64,000 nt of DNA from the human T2T-CHM13v2.0 reference genome, Homo sapiens. Location of the stretch: assembly GCF_009914755.1 (NCBI RefSeq), contig NC_060926.1; one strand, given 5' to 3'. The position numbers and the translations under genes were made by a program. Positions 29,062-44,600 of this stretch are shown here, in pieces (within the stretch, counting starts at the first letter, position 1; the number at the start of each line of letters is the position of its first letter). The notes beneath the pieces are model-generated. The model saw nothing but the letters and a program-made list of their open reading frames with translations. It had not been told where the DNA came from and did no database searches.

Positions 29062-30929
29062 ATAAAGCAATCATCTTTAATACATGCTGTTCTTCATGTG
29101 AAATGTCTGTTACAAGAGCAAATTCAGGAGCTGTACAACATACTGGCATTACGTTAACCATCTGTATCCTTACCTCAGAAGGTTACCCTGCTGCTAGCTG
29201 TCATTTTTCATAAATTCGAAGAAACAAAATTTTAAGTACAGATAGTGGTTTTAAACTAATCATTGGTAGGCATTTGTGTTAATTTTTAAAGGCTCATATG
29301 AATGACTCCATTCATTCGAAACTATTTGTGGAGCCCCTACCTTAACCCAGCAGTTAAAGGTGTAAACTAAGATTAAATTATTTAATTTTGGATACATTTT
29401 AGTATAAATTCTTAAAAATGTGTTCCAATATAATAAATATTACTTATAATTTTGGGGGAGATTTACACTGTCACAGATAACATGGAGAAACTGACCTATC
29501 TGCAAATCAGAACACCTACAGACATTTAGAACAACTCACAACCATTAGGATTACTGTCTCTCTCGAGATAAAAAGGAAGATAAAATCCAGTTCTCAATCT
29601 CTCATGAGCTACTTTTCAATATGTTTGTTTTGTTAATTGTGCTTATCACAAATTTGCATTTGCATGACTGAGAGAGTTCATCTTTCAAAGCCTGCTGACC
29701 TACTGGTTATAAATAATCATTTATATTCTCCTCCAAAATTGGTCTTGAACAGTATGTTTTTCCAGATATTCCTAAAGTAAATGTTATTGTCTGATACAGG
29801 AATACATGCACAAATGAATCTACTCATTGGGATACATTTCTCTAGTTAAAAATCTACACTCATCCATGTATACACTCTCCTGTGACTAAGAATACTACTT
29901 TAGGAAGAGTTATTTGCGAAGGGGTGTGTAGTTCCTGGTCTGGAATTCTTGTCAAAATGACACTAAAAGGTTCTGGTCACAACTCGTGCAAACGAGTTAA
30001 CTTGGCCAGCATTATTCTCTCTAACATGAAAGTCCTGTTAGCAGAGCATTATCAACATGATTACCCTACGATGAACACGCCTTTTCAATCCAAAACCATT
30101 TCATGCCAGTTCAATGTTAACACATTTTTCTCATGCTTGAAACATACAAACCATATTCATATAAATGAGTATTTTATTTTGGTCTAAAACACAGTATCAT
30201 CCCTTTGGTAATGGAAATACCAATTAACGTAAAAACCTGCAGCTCTTCAATCAATCAAATCCATAATCTTAGTTTTAATCTCCCTCCAGCATTTTGCAGT
30301 AATTCATGTAGTTATAATCCTATGATTCCTAGTTTCAACTTATGAAAGAATTATCTGTGGCATCTGTGACTTTAGGAAATGAATATACATATTTCACAAA
30401 TACTAGATTTCTAACGTGGTAAAACTGAAAAAAAAAAACCCAAAAAATTTTTAAATACAACAATGCCTCATTTATCTGGTGTCTGTTGAGAATAAGTACA
30501 AATATTTTAAAACAACTTTAAATTGTTTCAAAGACGATCTCAGGTGTCTAAAATTCAAAATCTCCAAATTCAGTTATTTAAAATACTTTATATCAATTTT
30601 CCTTTTTACCTTCGTAAGAAATAAGCATCCTAGCCGAGACTTGATTATTTGGTTCAAATATTTTTAAAGATTGTAGCACTGAAGTCCATAGTTTAAAGGC
30701 ATGTGTGGATTTGTTAGGGACAAAATCATTGCATATTAGCTTTAAATATTCTCCTACAAATAAATTACGGCCTAAAATACAGACACCACCACAACGGTCA
30801 AGGCATGTAATGAAAACAATGTGGGGAAAGAAATGAAATATAATAAGTAATTTAGCTATTCCAAAGAGACCTAAGCTATGACCATTTTTTAAAAAGAAAA
30901 GCTATGTTTTAGTTTCCAGCAATGAAAAG

Positions 30930-31150
30930 AATCATGGTGTAGTGGGGCTCTCATGTGAATCTTAAGTCTCCCTCTTCCCACCTGAGTAATGCTAAGCAAG
31001 ATGTGTACTCCTCCCCTCTCACACTTGGACTTTCTAGTGTATAAAATGGGAGTAAAACCTACCTTGCACTACGGTTGTCAGGATTAAGTTACTCATTTCA
31101 CAGTACCAAGCCCCCTGCAGGGTACATGGAGAGATCTATAAGTGCTACGT
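30930..31150 (+). mobile_element. MIR (degenerate; overlaps the PIGF alternative exon)
   Basis: Core tataaaatgggagtaaaacctaccttgcactacggttgtcaggattaagt resembles the MIR core (tgtaaaatgggg...acctacctcatagggttgttgtgaggattaaat). Confidence 0.65.
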
Positions 31151-31167
31151 TTTCTTTCTACTGTCAT
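31093..31167 (-). CDS. PIGF: PIGF alternative exon encoding alternative C-terminus MTVERKRSTYRSLHVPCRGLGTVK* (206-aa isoform)
   Basis: Minus strand ctgacatttcag|ATG ACA GTA GAA ... AAA TGA, in phase with exon 5; 182+24=206 aa, which matches my recollection of PIGF isoform 2. Donor candidates lie immediately after TGA (gtaact) or at 31063 (CAAG|gtaggt). Confidence 0.8.
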   Translation of the reverse strand: MTVERKRSTYRSLHVPCRGLGTVK

Positions 31168-34100
31168 CTGAAATGTCAGACAGGATTGAAAATTATGTGA
31201 AATCCAAATACCCTAAATTGGCATAACTAAATACCAGAGAAATAGATAAATTAACAGTCCACTCTACCAACTGAAAGACTGCTGGGCAGAAAAAATAAAA
31301 CAACAAACTGAGACAATTAACATATTCTCTAATATATGAGAACTCAAATAAATCATGGAATTTGCATTTTTTGAAGGCTAAAAATATAGTCATTAAACTA
31401 TGTCTTTTCTAGGTCACAAATGCCTGTAACATTAATTAAGTAATAACCATGTGTCAGGTGCTGAGCTAGGTATTTTAGAGGGATTTTATTATTTCATCCT
31501 CACTAGCAAGTGACAAAGCCAGGATTTCAACCCAGTAATCTGATGCCAGAACTCCTAATCATCATGTTACCTGCCTACCCATTAATAAAACGTGAGTTTA
31601 AAAACCTCATGGTCAATTTCCTGTGCTCAGAATAACCAACAATATTTCTTAACCTTCCACTAATTTTTTATAACATGAAATACTAGCCATGTTTTGACAA
31701 GACATTTTCCAGATGAAAAACCTCATAGCTACATATTCTATGAAATAGTTACAGCATATTAAATCTAAATCACAGTTCAAATCTAAATTATTAAATAATT
31801 AAATTCCAGTCCTGGGTGTATTTAAGTATCTGTTGTACTTACTTACACAGAACATATGCTATGCATACAGTAATAACAACAAATACTTATTGATTAGCTA
31901 TTTAGTTACAGCAGATAAAGAATCAAATTATAAAATACAAAGGTTTTCTGTAGTCCAAATATTTATTTTGTCAGCAACTATAAGCTTTCTCTAGAAGTTG
32001 AAAAAGCCTATCTGGATTATGGGAAATTCAAATATTTGTTTTCTTGCTGAGATTTTAAGGCAAATAAGGTAGAGGCAAGAAGATGACTTTAAAGTATTAA
32101 AACAACAACAAAGATGACCAACAGTATAATGGGTAGCTACCCTACCATATTCTCTTTAACCATATCCCCTTGCTGCCTTCTACAAAAGAAAGGCTTCCTC
32201 CAACTATAAAGATGCCTAATCTTTCATCACTTGCCATTATTTAAAATCACTTAAGATTTATATTAAGTTAAAAAACTTTTACATTGAGATCACATATTTT
32301 CAGTGGGCCTTTCCAGTCATTTAATGAAGAAATTATTTTAAACATAAAAATATGCTTGAAACAGCTCATTACAGAATCCACATCACTATAATCTTATGCT
32401 TGCCCTCAGGAATGTTATACAATGGTTTGAGTTCAAAGTAAAGAAAACTGAATTAAAACATGTAGTAGATTTTGTGGGGTTTTGTGTGTGTGTGTGCATG
32501 TGTGTGTTTTTAAAGGTACAATTGCTTAACCAGATATTCCTGTTTCTCTGACTGGAATATAAATAAAACCAGAACACAATCCAGAAAAGCTTGCTTTACC
32601 ACAAGCAGATCAAATCGGTATTGGGCTACAAGGAACACAGAACAAGAATCTCTTAATACATGTTCTATTTTAGATAATAAAGTGTATACTGTATTGTCTT
32701 CTCATGAAATTTTGCTCTAACAACATCTCCACTTTTAGAAAATGCCATATTCCCTTATCTGATTTATTGCTTCTCTGGGAGATGCTGTTCTGTGGAGTTA
32801 GAATTATTAAAAAATAACAATAACAAAAAAACAAACAACCTTGTTTGCTGGAAATAAAAAGTGAAAAAAAAACCTCATTTCTTTAGTTTATTAGTAAATA
32901 ACTGCTAAAAGGGCAAGGAGCAGATGAGTGCTATATGAATAAAAGATTTTTAATTATACATCAATTCTATCATTCCCTCAACAATACATTTCATAATTTA
33001 AAAGGTTTACAGTGAATACGTGGGTCATTAACTTGGAATATTCTAAAAACAACCCAATAGTAAAGATAATTACATGGCCAGTAATATTCCAGCTGAATGA
33101 AACACTCTTAATGGAAACCAACACTTGTTATGTATTTAAATTAGATTTAAAATTAAATTAATTTCCAGCTACCTAGAAAATCTTTTTAAAAAGTCAGTAA
33201 TTCAAATGGAAACTTTACATTAATTTAAAAAGTAATACCATCAATTTGGATCTAGTTCATCCTTATTGTTAACAAGCACTGAGGGAGAAAAATGGGTCAT
33301 CAGCTAAAAGCCTGAACAATCCCAAAATGGGTGACTGAACTGTAAATAATTAAGATATATATTTTCTAAGCAAACCTAAACACATATTTTATAAAGCACA
33401 TATATTCATTCCTCTTAGTTCAGTTTCTACTACTGCACTGTCTTGTAAACAGAAAAGACTTAAATTATGTGTAATATATCAAACCTTTACACCCTAATGT
33501 ATTGCATCATATACAAAATGATATGTTTATTATATCTTACCAACTCATTAAAGCTAATGTCCCATAGTACTTTATTTATCAATACTTTCTATTTAGATTT
33601 AATTGCATTACTTGATAGCAATGAATCTACACAGTTTCAATTTTCTGTGTATACTTTTCAATGATTTTGATTGTCCTCCAATTTAGAAATCACTGACACT
33701 CTGTTGAATGACATCAAGTATGGATGACTTCTATAAGATGTCAACTTAAGAAACCTTTACTAGCACCAAAAACTTGAGATGGGAATCTGTGACGATACAC
33801 ACACCAAACCTCCAAGGATTTCTCTAATATAGTGATGAAGAGTTAAAACAGGGAAGGGCAAACCTATCAGACCTATTAAACATGAAACAACAATTTGACT
33901 TTCGGGGAGACACGACATCTAACTGAAAGCACAAAGAATAGAGCTAAATGTAGGCAGTTATGTGCAAGGCACACAATCTGGATCCCACATTTGGCAAATG
34001 AGGTATGTATCAAAGATTTAATTCATCAATTCATTAGGTAGGACTCTACCCTACAGAGAAAATTGGACAAATATGCAAAGATGTATAAGTATGATAATGA

Positions 34101-35062
34101 CCATATTTGATAATAAAATAATAATAGTAAAATAGGAAATGACCTAAATGTTCTTTAATAAAAAACTGGTACAATATTTTACACAAATAATCGAATATTA
34201 CATATATGTAAGTTTTCATTGACATAGAATGAGCTCCATAATATACTGCTGAGGGGAAAAAGCAGATTAAAAACAACATGAATATTATAGTTACAGGCAT
34301 GGAGAGAGACAGCTGCAAAAATTATCACCAAAAGCAAATGGAGGTTTCCTCTGGGTGGTTGGGGAGGAAAGTAATTTTTACTTTCTTCCTTAGAATTACT
34401 AATATTGCTTTAATTTTCTAAATAAATATACATTATCTTCGTGATCAGAAAAAAATTATCTTCATGTTGGAAAAAGAAAGCACATTTATTTTTTAATACC
34501 ATAATTCTTTTTGGGAGTAATTACTCTGTGAACCTAATTAGAAAAATTCAAGAAGCTATAGATTCAAAGATTTTATCACAGCAGTGTTTATTATCACAAA
34601 ATACTGGCAATAATCTAAATGATCAATAGTGAATTTGTTAAATAAGTTATAAAGTATATAATGGCATACTACAAAGTCATTAATATTAAGATAAAGATAC
34701 AGTCATCACTGTAAGTTCAGTGACCTTGGGAATGTTACATACCCTCTAGGTGTCAGTTTCCTCATCTGTAAAATGGGTATAAAAAGAGCACTTACCTCAC
34801 AGTGCTTTACCTAGCATATCAGCTTTATCTTATTGTGATACAAGACGAAAAATCTGATGTTTGTGAGCTTTCTTGATAACACAGGCCGCTGCTGCAAAAA
34901 TTACCTTGCTATCTGCTTCTAAAAATTTCAAGAGGAACATTCAATTTGGCCATCAATCAAGTTCAGAAAATATGAATATAAGACCACAAGGGCAATAAAT
35001 ATCAAAGTTGAAAATAGGAAATTTCTGCAGCTATTAACCTAGTTTTTAAAAATTCCTATACT

Positions 35063-35197
35063 GGCTGGGCTCGGTGGCACACACCTGTAGTCCCAGCCAC
35101 TTGGGAGGCTGAAGCAGGAAGATCGTTTAGGCCCAAGCATTAGAGGACAGCCTGGGCAAGAGAGTGAGAACCTGTCTTTTTTAAAAACAATAAACAA
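35063..35197 (+). mobile_element. FLAM/FAM Alu monomer
   Basis: Single monomer; flanking cctata direct repeat. Confidence 0.8.
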
Positions 35198-35467
35198 ACC
35201 GCCTATATACAATCACAAAATAAGCTTGTTTATTCATCTACACATGTGCAAAAAATAGTGCTAGAAGATAAAACCAGGGCTACGTAGACACCTGTGGCAC
35301 TGGACAGTCCCCATTAAGAAGCTGCCCAGATTACAGTGACTGATAGAAGTGGTATCCCTACTTAATTGAACAACAAAACAATTTACATATACACACTAGT
35401 TTGCTTCATCTGTTTTACTATCATTGTACAAACATTTATTTTGTTGCTTTAAGTAACTGAAACCAAC

Positions 35468-35576
35468 CTGCCATGGTCTTTCCCAATCCAGTGGAATAGG
35501 AAGTGCTCCAAGCCATGCTCCTACAAAGCTAGAAATTGTAGTGATCTGGAGACTATTCTCCCATATGGATGTAACT
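35468..35576 (-). CDS. PIGF: PIGF coding exon 5 (109 nt): (G)VTSIWENSLQITTISSFVGAWLGALPIPLDWERPWQ
   Basis: PIG-F/Gpi11 signature GAWLGALPIPLDWERPWQ; tttcacag| acceptor and |gttggt donor. Confidence 0.97.
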
Positions 35577-35949
35577 CTGTGAAACACAAATTGGTACATC
35601 GTTGGTGGTATATACATGAGCTGCTGGAGAATCCAACAAGCACTAGCACACATTATCAGTATACATATATTTCCTGCTAATTTAAAATGAAAATCTCAAA
35701 ATGACATATACATATTTACCATGAACTATTAATAGTTAATTGGTAAGAAGATGTAAATGTTTTCCATTGGAAAGGTAATATACAGACGCACTAGGAGTCA
35801 AACCATGTTAAAGAGCATTTGTAGAAACAGCTAAGTCTTCCACCCCTATCATCAACTCCTGGTTCCTTTCCCCACAGGCAACTGCTATTATGCTAAATTA
35901 TTACATATTCTTCCAGAAATATTTTATACAGGCACAAATACACACATAA

Positions 35950-36423
<474 letters not shown>

Positions 36424-37529
36424 TCAACTAGTCTTTCTTACAGCACACTTCATTTATATAAACCAATTCAATTTACTTGGCAAGAAACAGGCAGAGAACA
36501 AGAACAAAGTATTTCAAAAGATCTGGTGATTCTGCCTACCGTTCCTATTTACTAAGTGCACATCTGAGAGTGTAAAGGTGGAAAGACTTAATTCTGCCAT
36601 TCTCTTAGTAGGTGTTAGTTTCAGCCTGGCCCTCATAGGGTGAACACTTCATCATGTAGAACAGGAGTCTGGTTACAGTCAGGTAAAAGCCCACTGCAAT
36701 GCACTAAGTGGGGTCCAAATATTCAATTGTTTAAATTGCAAGGTGAAGTTATTGAAAAGTAGCCTCTTCTAGATAGTATGGGGGAAAACATTTGTTTTGT
36801 TAGATGATTTATTTAACTAGAAACAGGCCAATTATTACACGCAAAATGTACACTGAATTTTAAAAGTCCCAAATGATGACAAGTCAGTTCACAAACCAAT
36901 CCCTCTATCATCCTCCATCTCATACTCCCCAACTACACAAGATAAGAGCCTTAGCTTGTTTCCATTGAGAAGCAGGGCTAAGAACGGGCTGGAGCCAATC
37001 ACATATATCCAAATTTGTACTATTTGTAGGGCTTTATTATTCTTTTTTATTTCATGTAACACCTATAAATATAAGTCAGCTTTTTCAACTAGCATTCAAT
37101 AGAACAGAGATGTGTTCCAATGTTGGAAGGAAAAACTGGCCAAGTTCAATGTAAAGGGAATTGTACTATTTTAGCAATTTAAAGGATTTCCTAGGCCAAT
37201 TTTTGACTACATGTGGCTGACAATGATGACTAAGCTTCAACTTAACACACACCTCCTCTATACTGTAATACATAAAGTGATGTGCCTGGAAACATAAGGT
37301 GTGGTAGAGGTTGAGAGCAGAGATTACTTTCTGTTGGGAAGAATTCACTTTTTCTATTTTATGGAACAGGAGGAAGTTCAGCTGGATTGGAAAGAATAGG
37401 TAGCATCAGGTCTTAAACTGGAGGACTGGAGAAAAGAGCTGCACTGCAGACAAGAGAACACAAGTCAGATTGCTAGAGGCCACGTGGAAGAACGAGAAAT
37501 AAGGCTGGAAAAGTAGGGCAGAGTTAGGA

Positions 37530-38052
<523 letters not shown>

Positions 38053-38064
38053 ACAGTTAGGATT

Positions 38065-38812
38065 TTTAAAAATAGCTTTATTGAGTAGAGTCAAAAATTA
38101 TCCTAGAAAATCCTTTCTAGCCATACAATTCACTAATTTCAAGTATACAAATCAATGGTTTTTAGTATATTCACAGAGTCGTGCAGCCATCACCACTGTA
38201 AGTTTTAGAACATTTTCATCATCCCCAGACTCTTTAACCATTACCAATCACTCTCCATTTCTCCTTCCTCCCAGCCCTAGGCAACCACTAAGCTACTTTC
38301 TGTCTCTCTGGATTTGCCTATTCTGGACATTTCATATAAATGGAATCATAAAGCATGTATGACTGGCTTCTTTTTCCTAGCATAATGTTTTCAAGGTTCA
38401 TCCATGTTGCAGCATGTATCAATATTTCATTCCTTTTTATGGCTCAATCATATTCCCTTCAAGGGATATTCCACATTTTATCTATTCAACAGCTGATGGA
38501 TATTTGGGTTGCTTCTACTTTTTGGTTATTATGAATAATGTTGCTATGAACATTTATGCACAAGTTTCTGTGTGAGCATATGTTTTCATCTCTCTTGGGA
38601 TTACACCTAGGAGTGGAATTGTTAGGTCCTATGGAAACTCTTATATTTAATCACTTGAGGAACTAACTACCAGACTCTTCCAAAATGGCTGAACCATTTT
38701 ATATTCCCACCAGCAGTGTATGAGGATTCCAATTTTTCCACACCCTCCTGACACTTGTCATTATCTTTTTTTTATTACAGTCATCGTAATTGGTGTGAAA
38801 TGGTATCATGGT
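38065..38812 (-). mobile_element. L1MB-type 3' fragment
   Basis: Typical antisense L1MB 3'UTR (ccagccctaggcaaccactaa...ctggacatttcatataaatggaatcata). Confidence 0.85.
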
Positions 38813-38924
38813 GATAGATTTAGGGTTAGGATTTTAGAAAATTCTTAAATATCAAACTAAGGAACCATGAAGGTTTTCAATCAACGCAACTTTACGATCA
38901 GAGATGTTTCAATAAGATTTATGT

Positions 38925-39240
<316 letters not shown>

Positions 39241-40353
39241 CTAACCTCTAAGTTCTAAGTTCCTTGGGCTAAGAGGCAAAATCCATGCCTTCACATTTTT
39301 CACGGTTCCAGCACACTTGTGGCCATCTTATGTTTATTAAAATAAAAAATATGATCATCCAAGAGGTTGCCCTCTATTTTGTGGTAGCCAAGTGTTTATG
39401 ATCCTACATATAATAAATGTAGAAAAAATGGAACTGAGACCTATTTTTAAAAATAGAAAAACTCTGTAGCTTGTTTTTAAAGTAAAAATTTCATATTTAT
39501 CAAAATAATATATGTGACATCTTTAAAGTAAAGGAGTACAATTAAACTAATAATAAAAATAGTAGTCTCCTCTTCCATCCCTCCCCACTCCTGATGTCTG
39601 CTCCAAGACAGATATTTTCAACTCTTTTTGCTGCTTCTTCTATTTACCTCAAATTAAAAAAAAAAACATAAATTAAGTATAGATTTTTCAAGATTAACTT
39701 ACTTTCTGCCTTCTTCTAAGGGAGAAGATTTAGCACCTTTTATCTACAAGCTGCCTACCTCCACATACACATTTCTCCCTGACTCACGCCCCTTCTACAA
39801 TGGTAACATCTCCTCCTTTCAACCGAATCAATAGTAATGTCTACGTTATGATGATTATAAAACTGCTAATCACAGTGAACCACACAGTAAACCACAATTA
39901 TACATTTCTTTTCTCATAGTAAATATAATCTTTAATTGTCCATGGATGTTAAGAACTGCCTCTTTTTCCCTGCTCTGTTTGCTTACGTACCTGTCATTAA
40001 GTAATTTTCACATATTCCAAAGAAGCTAAGTAGTACCTCTAAATGCTTGATTTCTTCTCCCCGCTCCTTCCATCTTTTTGGAGCCACCTAGGACTGCTGC
40101 AAAACTGCTGTGCTGTGGGGTCCCTTCACGAGCATCTTGTGAATTCCCTTTGCCTCTCTCAGTTCTTTTGGATCTGCTCTTTCCTAAATTCCAAGACTTC
40201 CTCCATCTATCTTCCTTTTTCTTTTCTTTTTAAGCACCTCTTTCAATAGATTCCTGAGAAAGGAATTTTCTTTTTCAGCACCTCCTTCCATAGATTCCTG
40301 AGAAAGGGTACATGGAAAATAGATGCTTAGAGATGTTTTAAGTCTGAAAATGA

Positions 40354-40752
<399 letters not shown>

Positions 40753-41421
40753 TGAGAAGTTCAGTGCCATTCTGGTTTCCCGTCCTCTGTAGGTATCATG
40801 TTTCTCTCATTCTCTAAAAACTTTTAGAATGATCTCTTTATTGCTGGTTATCAAAAATTTCACAAAAATGTTTTTTAAAGTGTTTTTTCATCCACTATGC
40901 TGAAAATATATGGGCCTTCTTAATCTAAAATCTCAGGTATTCTGGTTCTTAAAATTGTCTTCTACTTAAAGACCTTGTTTGATCAGATCACTTAAGAATT
41001 TTTCCCTTACTCTTGCTAGGTATACTATTATTTTGAACTAATTTCTGCTTTTATCTTTTAATTCATTTTGCAATCTTTACCTTTTTGTTTGACTAGGGAA
41101 TCTTTTCAAGTTTTGTCTCTACTTCCGTTGAGTATTTTTATTCCCCAAAAGTTTTCTTGTTCTCTGAATATGCATTTTGACTGCCTCCTGTTCACCTTTT
41201 ATGGTAAACTTTAAAAAAAAAAAGTAAGTTTTTAAGTTATCTTCTGTCTTTATATACTGCCTCTATTTCCCCTGAGTTTCTTTTTTGTTGTTTTCATTTC
41301 TGGATTTTATTTGACGTATTCCTCAAATATCTGGTGATTCTTTACTTCTCATTCTACTTAAAACACCATGTATGTAATGTCCAGACTAGGCAAATCTACA
41401 GAGATAGAAAATATATTAGTG

Positions 41422-41648
41422 TAAGCTTCTCTAACCCACGGCCCATAGGCCACATGTGGCCCAGGATGGCTTTGAATGTGGCCCAACACAAATTCATAAA
41501 CTTTCTTAAAACATTATGAGATTTTTTTTTTTTTTTTTTTTTTTTAGCTCATCAGCTATCGTGAGTGTTAATGTATTGCATGTGTGGCTCAAGACAATTC
41601 TTTCCTTCCAATGCGGCCCAGAGAAGCCCAAAGATTGGACACTCCTGT
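41422..41648. mobile_element. MER30 (hAT-Charlie MITE) inside an L1M 3' fragment (about 41375-41850)
   Basis: ggcccaggatggctttgaatgtggcccaacacaaattc...aaagattggacactcctg. Confidence 0.85.
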
Positions 41649-44600
41649 AGTGGTTGCCTGGGCCATGGAGAGAAGAGTGGGAATAGGGTATGACTGCTAA
41701 TAGTTATAGCTTCTTTTTGATGTGGTGAAATGTCCCAAAATTAGATTGTGGCAATGGCTGTACAACTGTGCCTATACTAAAAACCACTGAATTATACACT
41801 TTGAGTGAATTCTATGGTATACAGTTATATCTCAATAACACTATTTTTAAACAACAGCAACAACAAAATGAAACATTAAAACAGCTGACTGGATGCTTAT
41901 AATTCAAGCACGGGGATGCACAGAACTAGGGACGGGGTAGGAACCTGACTTTCCTTTAGAGAATCCCAAAATGTCAGTACCATTTTCCCTCGAAAGAAAT
42001 ATTTCAATATTCTGCCTAGATGGTATAAGCCTGGCTCCCAGTACTTTGGGCCAACCAGGGGAAAGGGGCTAGGTGTAAGGTGGGAACTCATGGTTTGAGA
42101 TGTAGGATTTCGTTTAAAACTTATTCCCCAAAGAGATTGTACCCAACAGGCTCAGTATCTGGGGACAGCTAGAATAGCTGGGATATGAAGGGTACAATTA
42201 TATTTTCTTCACTTCTCCTCCCTGCACTGTTCAACTTCCATTGCTTGTATTAGTTTTTATTTACATTGTTCTACAACTCCAATTCATTCAATTATTTTCT
42301 TGATATAGTGAGTCCCTTTGATGTACAAACTGGAGAATCCCTTCATTTGTGAAAACTGTCTTCTATCACATCTTTGAATCATTTTTTGTTGGGTATTTTA
42401 GAGGCACTAACTAGTCTTGTTTGCATCCCTTTCATTTCTCCTCTATATTTATCACATCTTCTCTAAATGCTTTATTCTTCCCAACCCCCTCCCTACCCCG
42501 CATTCATTTTGATTAGCTCAAACCTTTCTTCCATGCTAAAACCTGACTTTCTAATTTGTCTGTTTCTTGATATTTTTAATTTATGTCCTGTAATAGTGAC
42601 CTTTGCATTCTCAATTTATTTCACTAATTCTGCAATCTTCTTCTCCACGTCATTTTGTTTCATGATCTCATCTTTGCTCTTAATTTATTCAATTCATATC
42701 CTTAGTACTATTTTTCATGGTAAACTGTGTGGAGGTTTTTTTGTTTATTTTTGCTTCTAGGGTAGCACTTTCTTTCAGGCCAGATTCTTCATCTTCTGCA
42801 CACCCCTTTTCCTTCTTCTATAGTGCATTTTTAGGGTTGTCATGCCGTTTCTTTTCTCTTGCTCACACTTCACATGGGCACACATCCTATCTTAACTAGC
42901 CCCAATTTTCCCTGTCTTGAAGCTGCCTTTTGAGGACTGGATGTTATTTTCTAATAAGTTTTCTGTAACATGAGGCAGGAAAGAGAATGGAGGTAGGGAG
43001 GCTGGGTAAGATAAATGCTATCTCTGTGATTCAGTTAGTAATATTCCACTGAAATTTAATAAATGGTGGTTCTATAATTGAGACTTAAAAATTCATGGCC
43101 AAGGCTTACGCCTCCTCTTAGAAATCAGATGAAGCTACTATAGTGCACAGTCTGCCCCCTTAGCAGATCCCTGTAGGTAGCAGCCCTGGTAGATTGATAA
43201 GAGGTAAAGAGGCCTGATGGGGAGTCAGGGAAACCTACACTCTATTGGTAGGAATATGTATGGGGGTATATACATATTCTTCAAATTATAACTTTAGTTT
43301 GACAGTGTCTGTTAACTTCCTTTGATCTAGGAATGTTACTCAAGTAATCTAGTCTACAAAAACCTTTGCACAAGTATACAAAATTATATGGAACAAAGAT
43401 ATACCTAACAACATTATTTATTATCATGAAAATTTGATATTAAACCTTAATAGGAAATTAGTTAAATAAATCATGGTACATGGAATACTTGTAATGATGA
43501 TTAATTGCTCAACATTCATCTCAACCCTGATGATGAGACTAATTAATTAACTATTGATGATCCCATTCTGTTTCTCAATGATTAGGAAAACTCAAGGAAG
43601 AGAAACTGCTGCCATCCCACTACCAGCCTGAGGATAATAACAAGGAGAATCAGTAAGAAGCACAACCATACCATGACTATCTGTGTCTAGAACCATCCAA
43701 TTTCCGTTATGTGACATAATCAGTTTCCTTATTATTCAAACCAATATAAGCTGAAGTTTTATGTTACTTATAGAGATACAGTAGCTAAGAATACTATGTA
43801 AGAAGAGGTAGATTATACACACACACAGATAACGATGTTCATAACACATTAGTGGGAAAAAAGTTATAAAGCCATGACTAGTTTAACTATTTTGTTTTAA
43901 AATTATATATATATAATTAATACAAAATTCGAAGAACATATAAAATCTGCTAGTTGTTCATTGCTTCCATGATAGCATTACTAGGATCTTTAACTTTCTA
44001 TATTTTTCTGTTTGAATTTTTACTACAAACATTTATATACATTATTTTGTAATAAATAAGATAAAAAGAATAAAATAGGTAAATTCCTTTCTATTAACTA
44101 ATTTCTAGCATCACTGACATTGATGTACTCTCATTTTGTAAGTTTCCATAATAAAGCTATTTGAATTCTACGGTTATTGGCTAATTTTTTCAAAGTTAAG
44201 GAATATATGCACAGTCAATAGGGCTCAGAATAAATAAATGGCTCCCCTGTGAACAAACTTAAAAAGTGACTACAGCAATGTTACAGGCCAGCCTTCATGA
44301 CACTGTGCTCCAACTATTTGTCCAAATTATTTGACTCCACTGGAATTCATTACATCAAATATTAATTGAAGTAAACAGGCCATTTTGAGTGCCTACTACG
44401 TGCCAGACACTGTATCAGACACCTGAGGGTAGTTCATAGTAAACACTCATGGTTTAAATACACTGTCATCAAAATAGTGTTTGTTTAAATAGATTTAATT
44501 TTTTGAACTGCTAGTCTCTTCATCTAAAAAAGAGACACTGTACAACTCCTCCTAGTGGCTAAAGGTATTTTACAAAATTCTAATATAAATGTTTTCCTTC

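Noticed and set aside
29882-30187. 101-aa plus-strand ORF
   Set aside because: GTG start, no recognisable homology and no convincing splice context; the region is kept only as a non-coding candidate.
33832-33926. Box C (GTGATGA) ... box D (CTGA) spacing suggestive of a snoRNA
   Set aside because: No terminal stem, and it is antisense to the host (PIGF) intron.
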